Part shown: positions 24,640 through 40,000 of the stretch, in pieces
Layout of the letters: the number at the start of each line of letters is the position of its first letter
How positions within the stretch are numbered: position 1 is the first letter of the stretch
NCBI GenBank assembly: GCA_964016885.1
Contig: OZ024740.1
Coordinates: forward strand, 14,942,001-15,006,000
Source: Eledone cirrhosa
Lineage: Eukaryota
Direction: 5' to 3'
DNA: 64,000 bases
Made by a program: the position numbers and the translations under genes
The notes under the pieces: model-generated
Seen by the model: the letters and a program-made list of their open reading frames with translations, nothing else
Told to the model about the DNA's origin: nothing
Databases searched by the model: none

Positions 24640-27600
24640 TAAACAGAGGTGTGAAATATAGGATGTTTTAACACCTTCATGGTTATATTTCCCACTAAAC
24701 AGAGGTGTGAAATATAGGATGTTTTAAACACCTTCATGGTTATATTTCCCACTAAACAGAGGTGTGAAATATAGGATGTTTTAAAAACCTTCATGCTTAT
24801 ATTTCCCACTAAACAGAGGTGTGAAATATAGGATGTTTTAAACACCTTCATGGTTATATTTCCCACTAAACAGAGGTGTGAAATATAGGATGTTTTAAAC
24901 CCCTTCATGGTTATATTTCCCACTAAACAGAGGTGTGCAATATAGGATGTTTTAAACACCTTCATGATTATATTTCCCACTAAACAGAGGTGTGAAATAT
25001 AGGATGTTTTAAACACCTTCATGGTTATATTTCCCACTACACAGAGGTGTGAAATATAGGGTGTTGTAAACAGCTTCATGATTATATTTCCCACTAAACA
25101 GAGGTGTGAAATATAGAATGTTTTAAATACATTCATGGTTATATTTCCCAATAAACAGAGGTGTGAAATATAGGATGTTTCAAACACCTTCAAGGTTATA
25201 TTTCCCACTAAACAGAGGTGTGAAATATAGGATGTTTTAAACACCTTCATGGTTATATTTCCCACTAAACAGAGGTGTGAAATATAGGATGTTTTAAACA
25301 CCTTCATGGTTATATTTCCCACTAAAGAGAGGTGTGAAATATAGGATGTTTTAAACACCTTCATGGTTATATTTCCTACTAAACAGAGGTGTGAAATATA
25401 GGATGTTTTAAACACCTTCATGATTATATTTCCCACTAAACAGGTGTGAAATATAGGATGTTTAAACCCCTTCATGGTTATATTTCCCACTAAACAGAGG
25501 TGTGCAATATAGGATAGTTTAAACACCTTCATGATTATATTTCCTACTAAACAGAGGTGTGAAATATAGGATGTTGTAAACACCTTCATGGTTATATTTC
25601 CCACTACACAGAGGTGTGAAATATAGGGTGTTGTAAACACCTTCATGATTATATTTCCCACTAAACAGAGGTGTGAAATATAGAATGTTTTAAATACCTT
25701 CATGGTTATATTTCCCAATAAACAGAGGTTTGAAATATAGGATGTTTTAAACACGTTCATGGTTATATTTCCCACTAAACAGAGGTGTGAAATATAGGAT
25801 GTTTTAAACACCTTCATGGTTAAATTTCCCACTAAACAGAGGTGTGAAATATAGGATGTTCTAAACACCTTCATGGCTATATTTTCCACTAAACAGAGGT
25901 GTGGAATATAGGATGTTTTAAACCCCTTCATGGTTATATTTCACACTAAACAGAGGTGTGGAATATAGGATGTTTAAAACACCTTCATGGTTATATTTCC
26001 CACTAAACAGAGGTGTGAAATATAGAATGTTTTAAATACCTTCATGGTTATATTTCCCAATAAACAGAGGTGTGAAATATAGGATGTTTTAAACACCTTC
26101 ATGGTTATATTTCCCAATAAACAGAGGTGTGAAATATAGGATGTTGTAAACACCTTCATGGTTACATTTCCCACTAAACAGAGGTGTGAAATATAGGATG
26201 TTTAAAACACCTTCATGGTTATATTTCCTACTAAACAGAGGTGTGACATATAGGATGTTTTAACACATTCATGGTTATATTTCCCACTAAACAGAGGTGT
26301 GAAATATAGGATGTTTTACACACCTTCATGGTTATATTTCCCACTAAACAGAGGTGTGAAATATAGGATGTTTTAAACACCTTCATGGCTATATTTCCCA
26401 CTAAACAGAGGTGAGGAATATAGGATGTTTTAAACCCCTTCATGGTTATATTTCACACTAAACAGAGGTGTGGAATATAGGATGCTTTAAACACCTTCAT
26501 GGTTATAATTCCCACTAAACAGAGGTGTGAAATATAGGATGCTTTAAACACCTTCATGGTTATATTTCCCCCTAAACAGAGGTGTGCAATATAGGATGTT
26601 TTAAACACCTTCATGGTTATATTTCTCACTAAACAGAGGTGTGAAATATAGGATGTTTTAACACCTTCATGGTTATATTTCCCACTAAACAGAGGTGTGA
26701 AATATAGGATGTTTTAAACACCTTCATGGTTATATTTCCCACTAAACAGAGGTGTGAAATATAGGATGTTTTAAAAACCTTCATGCTTATATTTCCCACT
26801 AAAGAGAGGTGTGAAATATAGGATGTTTTAAACGCCTTCATGGTTATATTTCCCACTAAACAGAGGTGTGAAATATAGGATGTTTTAAACCCCTTCATGG
26901 TTATATTTCCCACTAAACAGAGGTGTGCAATATAGGATGTTTTAAACACCTTCATGATTATATTTCCCACTAAACAGAGGTGTGAAATATAGGATGTTTT
27001 AAACACCTTCATGGTTATATTTCCCACTACACAGAGGTGTGAAATATAGGGTGTTGTAAACAGCTTCATGATTATATTTCCCACTAAACAGAGGTGTGAA
27101 ATATAGAATGTTTTAAATACCTTCATGGTTATATTTCCCACTAAAGAGAGGTGTGAAATATAGGATGTTTTAAACACCTTCATGGTTATATTTCCTACTA
27201 AACAGAGGTGTGAAATATAGGATGTTTTAAACACCTTCATGATTATATTTCCCACTAAACAGGTGTGAAATATAGGATGTTTTAAACCCCTTCATGGTTA
27301 TATTTCCCACTAAACAGAGGTGTGCAATATAGGATGTTTTAAACACCTTCATGATTATATTTCCCACTAAACAGAGGTGTGAAATATAGGATGTTGTAAA
27401 CACCTTCATGGTTATATTTCCCACTACACAGAGGTGTGAAATATAGGGTGTTGTAAACACCTTCATGATTATATTTCCCACTAAACAGAGGTGTGAAATA
27501 TAGAATGTTTTAAATACCTTCATGGTTATATTTCCCAATAAACAGAGGTTTGAAATATAGGATGTTTTAAACACGTTCATGGTTATATTTCCCACTAAAC

Positions 27601-27993
27601 AGAGGTGTGAAATATAGGATGTTTTAAACACATTCATGGTTAAATTTCCCACTAAACAGAGGTGTGAAATATAGGATGTTCTAAACACCTTCATGGCTAT
27701 ATTTTCCACTAAACAGAGGTGTGGAATATAGGATGTTTTAAACCCCTTCATGGTTATATTTCACACTAAACAGAGGTGTGGAATATAGGATGTTTAAAAC
27801 ACCTTCATGTTTATATTTCCCACTAAACAGAGGTGTGAAATATAGGATGCTTTAAACACCTTCTTGGTTAAATTTCCCACTAAACAGAGGTGTGAAATAT
27901 AGGATGTTTTAAACACTTTCATGGTTATATTTCCCCCTAAACAGAGGTGTGCAATATAGGATGTTTTAAACACCTTCATGGTTATATTTCTCA

Positions 27994-30900
27994 CTAAACA
28001 GAGGTGTGAAATATAGGATGTTTTAACACCTTCATGGTTATATTTCCCACTAAACAGAGGTGTGAAATATGGGATGTTTTAAACACCTTCATGGTTATAT
28101 TTCCCACTAAACAGAGGTGTGAAATATTGGATGTTTTAAAAACCTTCATGCTTATATTTCCCACTAAACAGAGGTGTGAAATATAGGATGTTTTAAACAC
28201 CTTCATGGTTATATTTCCCACTAAACAGAGGTGTGAAATATAGGATGTTTTAAACCCCTTCATGGTTATATTTCCCACTAAACAGAGGTGTGCAATATAG
28301 GATGTTTTAAACACCTTCATGATTATATTTCCCACTAAACAGAGGTGTGAAATATATGATGTTTTAAACACCTTCATGGTTATATTTCCCACTACACAGA
28401 GGTGTGAAATATAGGGTGTTGTAAACAGCTTCATGATTATATTTCCCACTAAACAGAGGTGTGAAATATAGAATGTTTTAAATACCTTCATGGTTATATT
28501 TCCCAATAAACAGAGGTGTGAAATATAGGATGTTCCAAACACCTTCAAGGTTATATTTCCCACTAAACAGAGGTGTGAAATATAGGATGTTTTAAACCCC
28601 TTCATGGTTATATTTCCCACTAAACAGGTGTGAAATATAGGATGTTTTAAACCCCTTCATGGTTATATTTCCCACTAAACAGAGGTGTGCAATATAGGAT
28701 GTTTTAAACACCTTCATGATTATATTTCCCACTAAACAGAGGTGTGAAATATAGGATGTTGTAAACACCTTCATGGTTATATTTCCCACTACACAGAGGT
28801 GTGAAATATAGGGTGTTGTAAACACCTTCATGATTATATTTCCCACTAAACAGAGGTGTGAAATATAGAATGTTTTAAATACCTTCATGGTTATATTTCC
28901 CAATAAACAGAGGTTTGAAATATAGGATGTTTTAAACACGTTCATGGTTATATTTCCCACTAAACAGAGGTGTGAAATATAGGATGTTTTAAACACCTTC
29001 ATGTTTATGTTTCCCACTAAACAGAGGTGTGAAATATAGGATGTTTTAAACACCTTCATGGTTATATTTCCCACTAAACAGAGTTGTGCAATATAGGATG
29101 TATTAACCACCTTCATGTTTATATTTCCCACTAAACAGAGGTGTGAAATATAGGATGTTTTAAACACCTTCATGGTTATATTTCCCACTAAACAGAGGTA
29201 AGAAATATAGGATGTTTTAAACCCCTTCATGGTTATATTTCCCACTAAACAGAGGTGTGCAATATAGGATGTTTTAAACACCTTCATGATTATATTTCCC
29301 ACTAATCAGAGGTGTGAAATATAGGATGTTGTAAACACCTTCCTGGTTATATTTCCCACTACACAGAGGTGTGAAATATAGGATGTTGTAAACACCTTCA
29401 TGATTATACTTCCCACTAAACAGAGGTGTGAAATATAGAATGTTTTAAATACCTTCATGGTTATATTTCCCAATAAACAGAGGTGCGAAATATAGGATGT
29501 TTTAAACACCTTCATGGTTATATTTCCCACTAAACAGAGGTGTGAAATATAGGATGTTTTAAACACCTTCATGGCTATATTTCCCACTAAACAGAGGTGA
29601 GAAATATAGGATGTTTTAAACACCTTCATGGTTATATTTCCCACTAAACTGAGGTGTGAAATATCGGATGTTTTAAACACCTTCATGGTTAAATTTCCCA
29701 CTAAACAGAGGTGTGAAATATAGGATGTTCTAAACACCTTCATGGCTATATTTTCCACTAAACAGAGGTGTGGAATATAGGATGTTTTAAACCCCTTCAT
29801 GGTTATATTTCACACTAAACAGAGGTGTGGAATATAGGATGTTTAAAACACCTTCATGGTTATATTTCCCACTAAACAGAGGTGTGAAATATAGAATGTT
29901 TTAAATACCTTCATGGTTATATTTCCCAATAAACAGAGGTGTGAAATATAGGATGTTTTAAACACCTTCATGGTTATATTTCCCAATAAACAGAGGTGTG
30001 AAATATAGGATGTTTTAAACACCTTCATGGTTATATTTCCCACTAAACAGAGGTGTGAAATATAGGATGTTTTAAACACCTTCATGGTTATATTTCCCAC
30101 TAAACAGAGGTGTGAAATATAGGATGTTTTAAAAACCTTCATGCTTATATTTCCCACTAAACAGAGGTGTGAAATATAGGATGTTTTAAACACCTTCATG
30201 GCTATATTTCCCACTAAACAGAGGTGTGAAATATAGGATGTTGTAAACACCTTCATGGTTACATTTCCCACTAAACAGAGGTGTGAAATATAGGATGTTT
30301 AAAACACCTTCATGGTTATATTTCCCACTAAACAGAGGTGTGAAATATAGGATGTTTTAACACCTTCATGGTAATATTTCCCACTAAACAGAGGTGTGAA
30401 ATATAGGATGTTTTAAACACCTTCATGGTTATATTTCCCACTAAACAGAGGTGTGAAATATAGGATGTTTTAAACACCTTCATGGTTATGTTTCCCACTA
30501 AACAGAGGTGTGAAATATAGCATGTTTTAAACACCTTCATGGTTATATTTCCCACTAAACAGAGGTGTGAAATATAGGATGTTTTAAACCCCTTCATGGT
30601 TATATTTCCCACTAAACAGAGGTAAGAAATATAGGATGTTTTAAACACCTTCATGGTTATATTTCCCACTAAACAGAGGTGTGAAATATAGAATGTTTTA
30701 AATACATTCATGGTTATATTTGCCAATAAACAGAGGTGTGATATATAGGATGTTTTAAACACCTTCATGGTTATATTTCCCACTAAACAGAGGTGTGAAA
30801 TATAGGATGTTTTAAACACCTTCATGGTTATATTTCCCACTAAACAGAGGTGTGAAATATAGGATGTTTTAAATACCTTCATGGTTATATTTCCCACTAA

Positions 30901-33900
30901 ACAGAGTTGTGCAATATAGGATGTTTTAACCACCTTCATGGTTATATTTCCCACTAAACAGAGGTGTGAAATATAGGATGTTTTAAACACCTTCATGGTT
31001 ATATTTCTCACTAAACAGAGGTGTGAAATATAGGATGTTTTAACACCTTCATGGTTATATTTCCCACTAAACAGAGGTGTGAAATATGGGATGTTTTAAA
31101 CACCTTCATGGTTATATTTCCCACTAAACAGAGGTGTGAAATATTGGATGTTTTAAAAACCTTCATGCTTATATTTCCCACTAAACAGAGGTGTGAAATA
31201 TAGGATGTTTTAAACACCTTCATGGTTATATTTCCCACTAAACAGAGGTGTGAAATATAGGATGTTTTAAACCCCTTCATGGTTATATTTCCCACTAAAC
31301 AGAGGTGTGCAATATAGGATGTTTTAAACACCTTCATGATTATATTTCCCACTAAACAGAGGTGTGAAATATAGGATGTTTTAAACACCTTCATGGTTAT
31401 ATTTCCCACTACACAGAGGTGTGAAATATAGGGTGTTGTAAACAGCTTCATGATTATATTTCCCACTAAACAGAGGTGTGAAATATAGAATGTTTTAAAT
31501 ACCTTCATGGTTATATTTCCCAATAAACAGAGGTGTGAAATATAGGATGTTCCAAACACCTTCAAGGTTATATTTCCCACTAAACAGAGGTGTGAAATAT
31601 AGGATGTTTTAAACCCCTTCATGGTTATATTTCCCACTAAACAGGTGTGAAATATAGGATGTTTTAAACCCCTTCAAGGTTATATTTCCCACTAAACAGA
31701 GGTGTGCAATATAGGATGTTTTAAACACCTTCATGATTATATTTCCCACTAAACAGAGGTGTGAAATATAGGATGTTGTAAACACCTTCATGGTTATATT
31801 TCCCACTACACAGAGGTGTGAAATATAGGGTGTTGTAAACACCTTCATGATTATATTTCCCACTAAACAGAGGTGTGAAATATAGAATGTTTTAAATACC
31901 TTCATGGTTATATTTCCCAATAAACAGAGGTTTGAAATATAGGATGTTTTAAACACGTTCATGGTTATATTTCCCACTAAACAGAGGTGTGAAATATAGG
32001 ATGTTTTAAACACCTTCATGTTTATGTTTCCCACTAAACAGAGGTGTGAAATATAGGATGTTTTAAACACCTTCATGGTTATATTTCCCACTAAACAGAG
32101 TTGTGCAATATAGGATGTATTAACCACCTTCATGTTTATATTTCCCACTAAACAGAGGTGTGAAATATAGGATGTTTTAAACACCTTCATGGTTATATTT
32201 CCCACTAAACAGAGGTAAGAAATATAGGATGTTTTAAACCCCTTCATGGTTATATTTCCCACTAAACAGAGGTGTGCAATATAGGATGTTTTAAACACCT
32301 TCATGATTATATTTCCCACTAATCAGAGGTGTGAAATATAGGATGTTGTAAACACCTTCCTGGTTATATTTCCCACTACACAGAGGTGTGAAATATAGGA
32401 TGTTGTAAACACCTTCATGATTATACTTCCCACTAAACAGAGGTGTGAAATATAGAATGTTTTAAATACCTTCATGGTTATATTTCCCAATAAACAGAGG
32501 TGTGAAATATAGGATGTTTTAAACACCTTCATGGTTATATTTCCCACTAAACAGAGGTGTGAAATATAGGATGTTTTAAACACCTTCATGGCTATATTTC
32601 CCACTAAACAGAGGTGAGAAATATAGGATGTTTTAAACACCTTCATGGTTATATTTCCCACTAAACTGAGGTGTGAAATATCGGACGTTTTAAACACCTT
32701 CATGGTTAAATTTCCCACTAAACAGAGGTGTGAAATATAGGATGTTCTAAACACCTTCATGGCTATATTTTCCACTAAACAGAGGTGTGGAATATAGGAT
32801 GTTTTAAACCCCTTCATGGTTATATTTCACACTAAACAGAGGTGTGGAATATAGGATGTTTAAAACACCTTCATGGTTATATTTCCCACTAAACAGAGGT
32901 GTGAAATATAGAATGTTTTAAATACCTTCATGGTTATATTTCCCAATAAACAGAGGTGTGAAATATAGGATGTTTTAAACACCTTCATGGTTATATTTCC
33001 CAATAAACAGAGGTGTGAAATATAGGATGTTTTAAACACCTTCATGGTTATATTTCCCACTAAACAGAGGTGTGAAATATAGGATGTTTTAAACACCTTC
33101 ATGGTTATATTTCCCACTAAACAGAGGTGTGAAATATAGGATGTTTTAAAAACCTTCATGCTTATATTTCCCACTAAACAGAGGTGTGAAATATAGGATG
33201 TTTTAAACACCTTCATGGCTATATTTCCCACTAAACAGAGGTGTGAAATATAGGATGTTGTAAACACCTTCATGGTTACATTTCCCACTAAACAGAGGTG
33301 TGAAATATAGGATGTTTAAAACACCTTCATGGTTATATTTCCCACTAAACAGAGGTGTGAAATATAGGATGTTTTAACACCTTCATGGTAATATTTCCCA
33401 CTAAACAGAGGTGTGAAATATAGGATGTTTTAAACACCTTCATGGTTATATTTCCCACTAAACAGAGGTGTGAAATATAGGATGTTTTAAACACCTTCAT
33501 GGTTATGTTTCCCACTAAACAGAGGTGTGAAATATAGGATGTTTTAAACACCTTCATGGTTATATTTCCCACTAAACAGAGGTGTGAAATATAGGATGTT
33601 TTAAACCCCTTCATGGTTATATTTCCCACTAAACAGAGGTAAGAAATATAGGATGTTTTAAACACCTTCATGGTTATATTTCCCACTAAACAGAGGTGTG
33701 AAATATAGAATGTTTTAAATACATTCATGGTTATATTTGCCAATAAACAGAGGTGTGATATATAGGATGTTTTAAACACCTTCATGGTTATATTTCCCAC
33801 TAAACAGAGGTGTGAAATATAGGATGTTTTAAACACCTTCATGGTTATATTTCCCACTAAACAGAGGTGTGAAATATAGGATGTTTTAAATACCTTCATG

Positions 33901-34000
33901 GTTATATTTCCCACTAAACAGAGTTGTGCAATATAGGATGTTTTAACCACCTTCATGGTTATATTTCCCACTAAACAGAGGTGTGAAATATAGGATGTTT
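27994..34000. repeat. Tandem duplication of 3017 bp (53 monomers)
   Basis: ORF pairs 27994/31011, 28592/31609, 29306/32323, 29843/32860 and 30328/33345 share rare variants (KVFGTS, KTSNIS, KTSHIS, KVVNTS). Confidence 0.88.
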
Positions 34001-37000
34001 TAAACACCTTCATGGTTATATTTCCCACTAAACAGAGGTGGGAAATATAGGATGTTTTAACCACCTTCATGGTTATATTTCCCACTAAATAGAGGTGTGA
34101 AATATAGGATGTTTTAAACACCTTCATGGTTATATTTCCCACTAAACAGAGGTAAGAAATATAGGATGTTTTAAACCCCTTCATGGTTATATTTCCCACT
34201 AAACAGAGGTGTGCAATATAGGATGTTTTAAACACCTTCATGATTATATTTCCCACTAATCAGAGGTGTGAAATATAGGATGTTGTAAACACCTTCATGG
34301 TTATATTTCCCACTACACAGAGGTGTGAAATATAGGATGTTGTAAACACCTTCATGATTATATTTCCCACTAAACAGAGGTGTGAAATATAGGATGTTTT
34401 AAACACCTTCATGGTTATATTTCCCAATAAACAGAGGTGTGAAATATAGGATGTTGTAAACACCTTCATGGTTACATTTCCCACTAAACAGAGGTGTGAA
34501 ATATAGGATGTTTAAAACACCTTCATGGTTATATTTCCTACTAAACAGAGGTGTGACATATAGGATGTTTTAACACATTCATGGTTATATTTCCCACTAA
34601 ACAGAGGTGTGAAATATAGGATGTTTTACACACCTTCATGGTTATATTTCCCACTAAACAGAGGTGTGAAATATAGGATGTTTTAAACACCTTCATGGCT
34701 ATATTTCCCACTAAACAGAGGTGAGGAATATAGGATGTTTTAAACCCCTTCATGGTTATATTTCACACTAAACAGAGGTGTGGAATATAGGATGCTTTAA
34801 ACACCTTCATGTTTATAATTCCCACTAAACAGAGGTGTGAAATATAGGATGTTGTAAACACCTTCATGGTTACATTTCCCACTAAACAGAGGTGTGAAAT
34901 ATAGGATGTTTAAAACACCTTCATGGTTATATTTCCCACTAAACAGAGGTGTGAAATATAGGATGTTTTAACACCTTCATGGTAATATTTCCCACTAAAC
35001 AGAGGTGTGAAATATAGGATGTTTTAAACACCTTCATGGTTATATTTCCCACTAAACAGAGGTGTGAAATATAGGATGTTTTAAACACCTTCATGGTTAT
35101 GTTTCCCACTAAACAGAGGTGTGAAATATAGGATGTTTTAAACACCTTCATGGTTATATTTCCCACTAAACAGAGGTGTGAAATATAGGATGTTTTAAAC
35201 CCCTTCATGGTTATATTTCCCACTAAACAGAGGTAAGAAATATAGGATGTTTTAAACACCTTCATGGTTATATTTCCCACTAAACAGAGGTGTGAAATAT
35301 AGAATGTTTTAAATACATTCATGGTTATATTTGCCAATAAACAGAGGTGTGATATATAGGATGTTTTAAACACCTTCATGGTTATATTTCCCACTAAACA
35401 GAGGTGTGAAATATAGGATGTTTTAAACACCTTCATGGTTATATTTCCCACTAAACAGAGGTGTGAAATATAGGATGTTTTAAATACCTTCATGGTTATA
35501 TTTCCCACTAAACAGAGTTGTGCAATATAGGATGTTTTAACCACCTTCATGGTTATATTTCCCACTAAACAGAGGTGTGAAATATAGGATGTTTTAAACA
35601 CCTTCATGGTTATATTTCCCACTAAACAGAGGTGGGAAATATAGGATGTTTTAACCACCTTCATGGTTATATTTCCCACTAAATAGAGGTGTGAAATATA
35701 GGATGTTTTAAACACCTTCATGGTTATATTTCCCACTAAACAGAGGTAAGAAATATAGGATGTTTTAAACCCCTTCATGGTTATATTTCCCACTAAACAG
35801 AGGTGTGCAATATAGGATGTTTTAAACACCTTCATGATTATATTTCCCACTAATCAGAGGTGTGAAATATAGGATGTTGTAAACACCTTCATGGTTATAT
35901 TTCCCACTACACAGAGGTGTGAAATATAGGATGTTGTAAACACCTTCATGATTATATTTCCCACTAAACAGAGGTGTGAAATATAGGATGTATAAACACC
36001 TTCATGGTTATATTTCCCAATAAACAGAGGTGTGAAATATAGGATGTTGTAAACACCTTCATGGTTACATTTCCCACTAAACAGAGGTGTGAAATATAGG
36101 ATGTTTAAAACACCTTCATGGTTATATTTCCTACTAAACAGAGGTGTGACATATAGGATGTTTTAACACATTCATGGTTATATTTCCCACTAAACAGAGG
36201 TGTGAAATATAGGATGTTTTACACACCTTCATGGTTATATTTCCCACTAAACAGAGGTGTGAAATATAGGATGTTTTAAACACCTTCATGGCTATATTTC
36301 CCACTAAACAGAGGTGAGGAATATAGGATGTTTTAAACCCCTTCATGGTTATATTTCACACTAAACAGAGGTGTGGAATATAGGATGCTTTAAACACCTT
36401 CATGTTTATAATTCCCACTAAACAGAGGTGTGAAATATAGGATGCTTTAAACACCTTCTTGTTTATATTTCCCACTAAACAGAGGTAAGAAATATAGGAT
36501 GTTTTAAACCCCTTCATGGTTATATTTCCCACTAAACAGAGGTGTGCAATATAGGATGTTTTAAACACCTTCATGATTATATTTCCCACTAATCAGAGGT
36601 GTGAAATATAGGATGTTGTAAACACCTTCCTGGTTATATTTCCCACTACACAGAGGTGTGAAATATAGGATGTTGTAAACACCTTCATGATTATACTTCC
36701 CACTAAACAGAGGTGTGAAATATAGAATGTTTTAAATACCTTCATGGTTATATTTCCCAATAAACAGAGGTGTGAAATATAGGATGTTTTAAACACCTTC
36801 ATGGTTATATTTCCCACTAAACAGAGGTGTGAAATATAGGATGTTTTAAACACCTTCATGGCTATATTTCCCACTAAACAGAGGTGAGAAATATAGGATG
36901 TTTTAAACACCTTCATGGTTATATTTCCCACTAAACTGAGGTGTGAAATATCGGATGTTTTAAACACCTTCATGGTTAAATTTCCCACTAAACAGAGGTG

Positions 37001-40000
37001 TGAAATATAGGATGTTCTAAACACCTTCATGGCTATATTTTCCACTAAACAGAGGTGTGGAATATAGGATGTTTTAAACCCCTTCATGGTTATATTTCAC
37101 ACTAAACAGAGGTGTGGAATATAGGATGTTTAAAACACCTTCATGGTTATATTTCCCACTAAACAGAGGTGTGAAATATAGAATGTTTTAAATACCTTCA
37201 TGGTTATATTTCCCAATAAACAGAGGTGTGAAATATAGGATGTTTTAAACACCTTCATGTTTATATTTCCCAATAAACAGAGGTGTGAAATATAGGATGT
37301 TTTAAACACCTTCATGGTTATATTTCCCACTAAACAGAGGTGTGAAATATAGGATGTTTTAAACACCTTCATGGTTATATTTCCCACTAAACAGAGGTGT
37401 GAAATATAGGATGTTTTAAAAACCTTCATGCTTATATTTCCCACTAAACAGAGGTGTGAAATATAGGATGTTTTAAACACCTTCATGGCTATATTTCCCA
37501 CTAAACAGAGGTGTGAAATATAGGATGTTGTAAACACCTTCATGGTTACATTTCCCACTAAACAGAGGTGTGAAATATAGGATGTTTAAAACACCTTCAT
37601 GGTTATATTTCCCACTAAACAGAGGTGTGAAATATAGGATGTTTTAACACCTTCATGGTAATATTTCCCACTAAACAGAGGTGTGAAATATAGGATGTTT
37701 TAAACACCTTCATGGTTATATTTCCCACTAAACAGAGGTGTGAAATATAGGATGTTTTAAACACCTTCATGGTTATGTTTCCCACTAAACAGAGGTGTGA
37801 AATATAGGATGTTTTAAACACCTTCATGGTTATATTTCCCACTAAACAGAGGTGTGAAATATAGGATGTTTTAAACCCCTTCATGGTTATATTTCCCACT
37901 AAACAGAGGTAAGAAATATAGGATGTTTTAAACACCTTCATGGTTATATTTCCCACTAAACAGAGGTGTGAAATATAGAATGTTTTAAATACATTCATGG
38001 TTATATTTGCCAATAAACAGAGGTGTGATATATAGGATGTTTTAAACACCTTCATGGTTATATTTCCCACTAAACAGAGGTGTGAAATATAGGATGTTTT
38101 AAACACCTTCATGGTTATATTTCCCACTAAACAGAGGTGTGAAATATAGGATGTTTTAAATACCTTCATGGTTATATTTCCCACTAAACCGAGTTGTGCA
38201 ATATAGGATGTTTTAACCACCTTCATGGTTATATTTCCCACTAAACAGAGGTGTGAAATATAGGATGTTTTAAACACCTTCATGGTTATATTTCCCACTA
38301 AACAGAGGTGGGAAATATAGGATGTTTTAACCACCTTCATGGTTATATTTCCCACTAAATAGAGGTGTGAAATATAGGATGTTTTAAACACCTTCATGGT
38401 TATATTTCCCACTAAACAGAGGTAAGAAATATAGGATGTTTTAAACCCCTTCATGGTTATATTTCCCACTAAACAGAGGTGTGCAATATAGGATGTTTTA
38501 AACACCTTCATGATTATATTTCCCACTAATCAGAGGTGTGAAATATAGGATGTTGTAAACACCTTCATGGTTATATTTCCCACTACACAGAGGTGTGAAA
38601 TATAGGATGTTGTAAACACCTTCATGATTATATTTCCCACTAAACAGAGGTGTGAAATATAGGATGTTTTAAACACCTTCATGGTTATATTTCCCAATAA
38701 ACAGAGGTGTAAAATATAGGATGTTGTAAACACCTTCATGGTTACATTTCCCACTAAACAGAGGTGTGAAATATAGGATGTTTAAAACACCTTCATGGTT
38801 ATATTTCCTACTAAACAGAGGTGTGACATATAGGATGTTTTAACACATTCATGGTTATATTTCCCACTAAACAGAGGTGTGAAATATAGGATGTTTTACA
38901 CACCTTCATGGTTATATTTCCCACTAAACAGAGGTGTGAAATATAGGATGTTTTAAACACCTTCATGGCTATATTTCCCACTAAACAGAGGTGAGGAATA
39001 TAGGATGTTTTAAACCCCTTCATGGTTATATTTCACACTAAACAGAGGTGTGGAATATAGGATGCTTTAAACACCTTCATGTTTATAATTCCCACTAAAC
39101 AGAGGTGTGAAATATAGGATGCTTTAAACACCTTCTTGGTTATATTTCCCACTAAACAGAGGTGTGAAATATAGGATGTTTTAAACACCTTCATGGTTAT
39201 ATTTCCCCCTAAACAGAGGTGTGCAATATAGGATGTTTTAAACACCTTCATGGTTATATTTCTCACTAAACAGAGGTGTGAAATATAGGATGTTTTAACA
39301 CCTTCATGGTTATATTTCCCACTAAACAGAGGTGGGAAATATAGGATGTTTTAAACACCTTCATGGTTATATTTCCCACTAAACAGAGGTGTGAAATATA
39401 GGATGTTTTAAAAACCTTCATACTTATATTTCCCACTAAACAGAGGTGTGAAATATAGGATGTTTTAAACACCTTCATGGTTATATTTCCCACTAAACAG
39501 AGGTGTGAAATATAGGATGTTTTAAACCCCTTCATGGTTATATTTCCCACTAAACAGAGGTGTGCAATATAGGATGTTTTAAACACCTTCATGATTATAT
39601 TTCCCACTAAACAGAGGTGTGAAATATAGGATGTTTTAAACACCTTCATGGTTATATTTCCCACTACACAGAGGTGTGAAATATAGGGTGTTGTAAACAG
39701 CTTCATGATTATATTTCCCACTAAACAGAGGTGTGAAATATAGAATGTTTTAAATACCTTCATGGTTATATTTCCCAATAAACAGAGGTGTGAAATATAG
39801 GATGTTTCAAACACCTTCAAGGTTATATTTCCCACTAAACAGAGGTGTGAAATATAGGATGTTTTAAACACCTTCATGGTTATATTTCCCACTAAACAGA
39901 GGTGTGAAATATAGGATGTTCTAAACACCTTCATGGCTATATTTTCCACTAAACAGAGGTGTGGAATATAGGATGTTTAAAACACCTTCATGGTTATATT

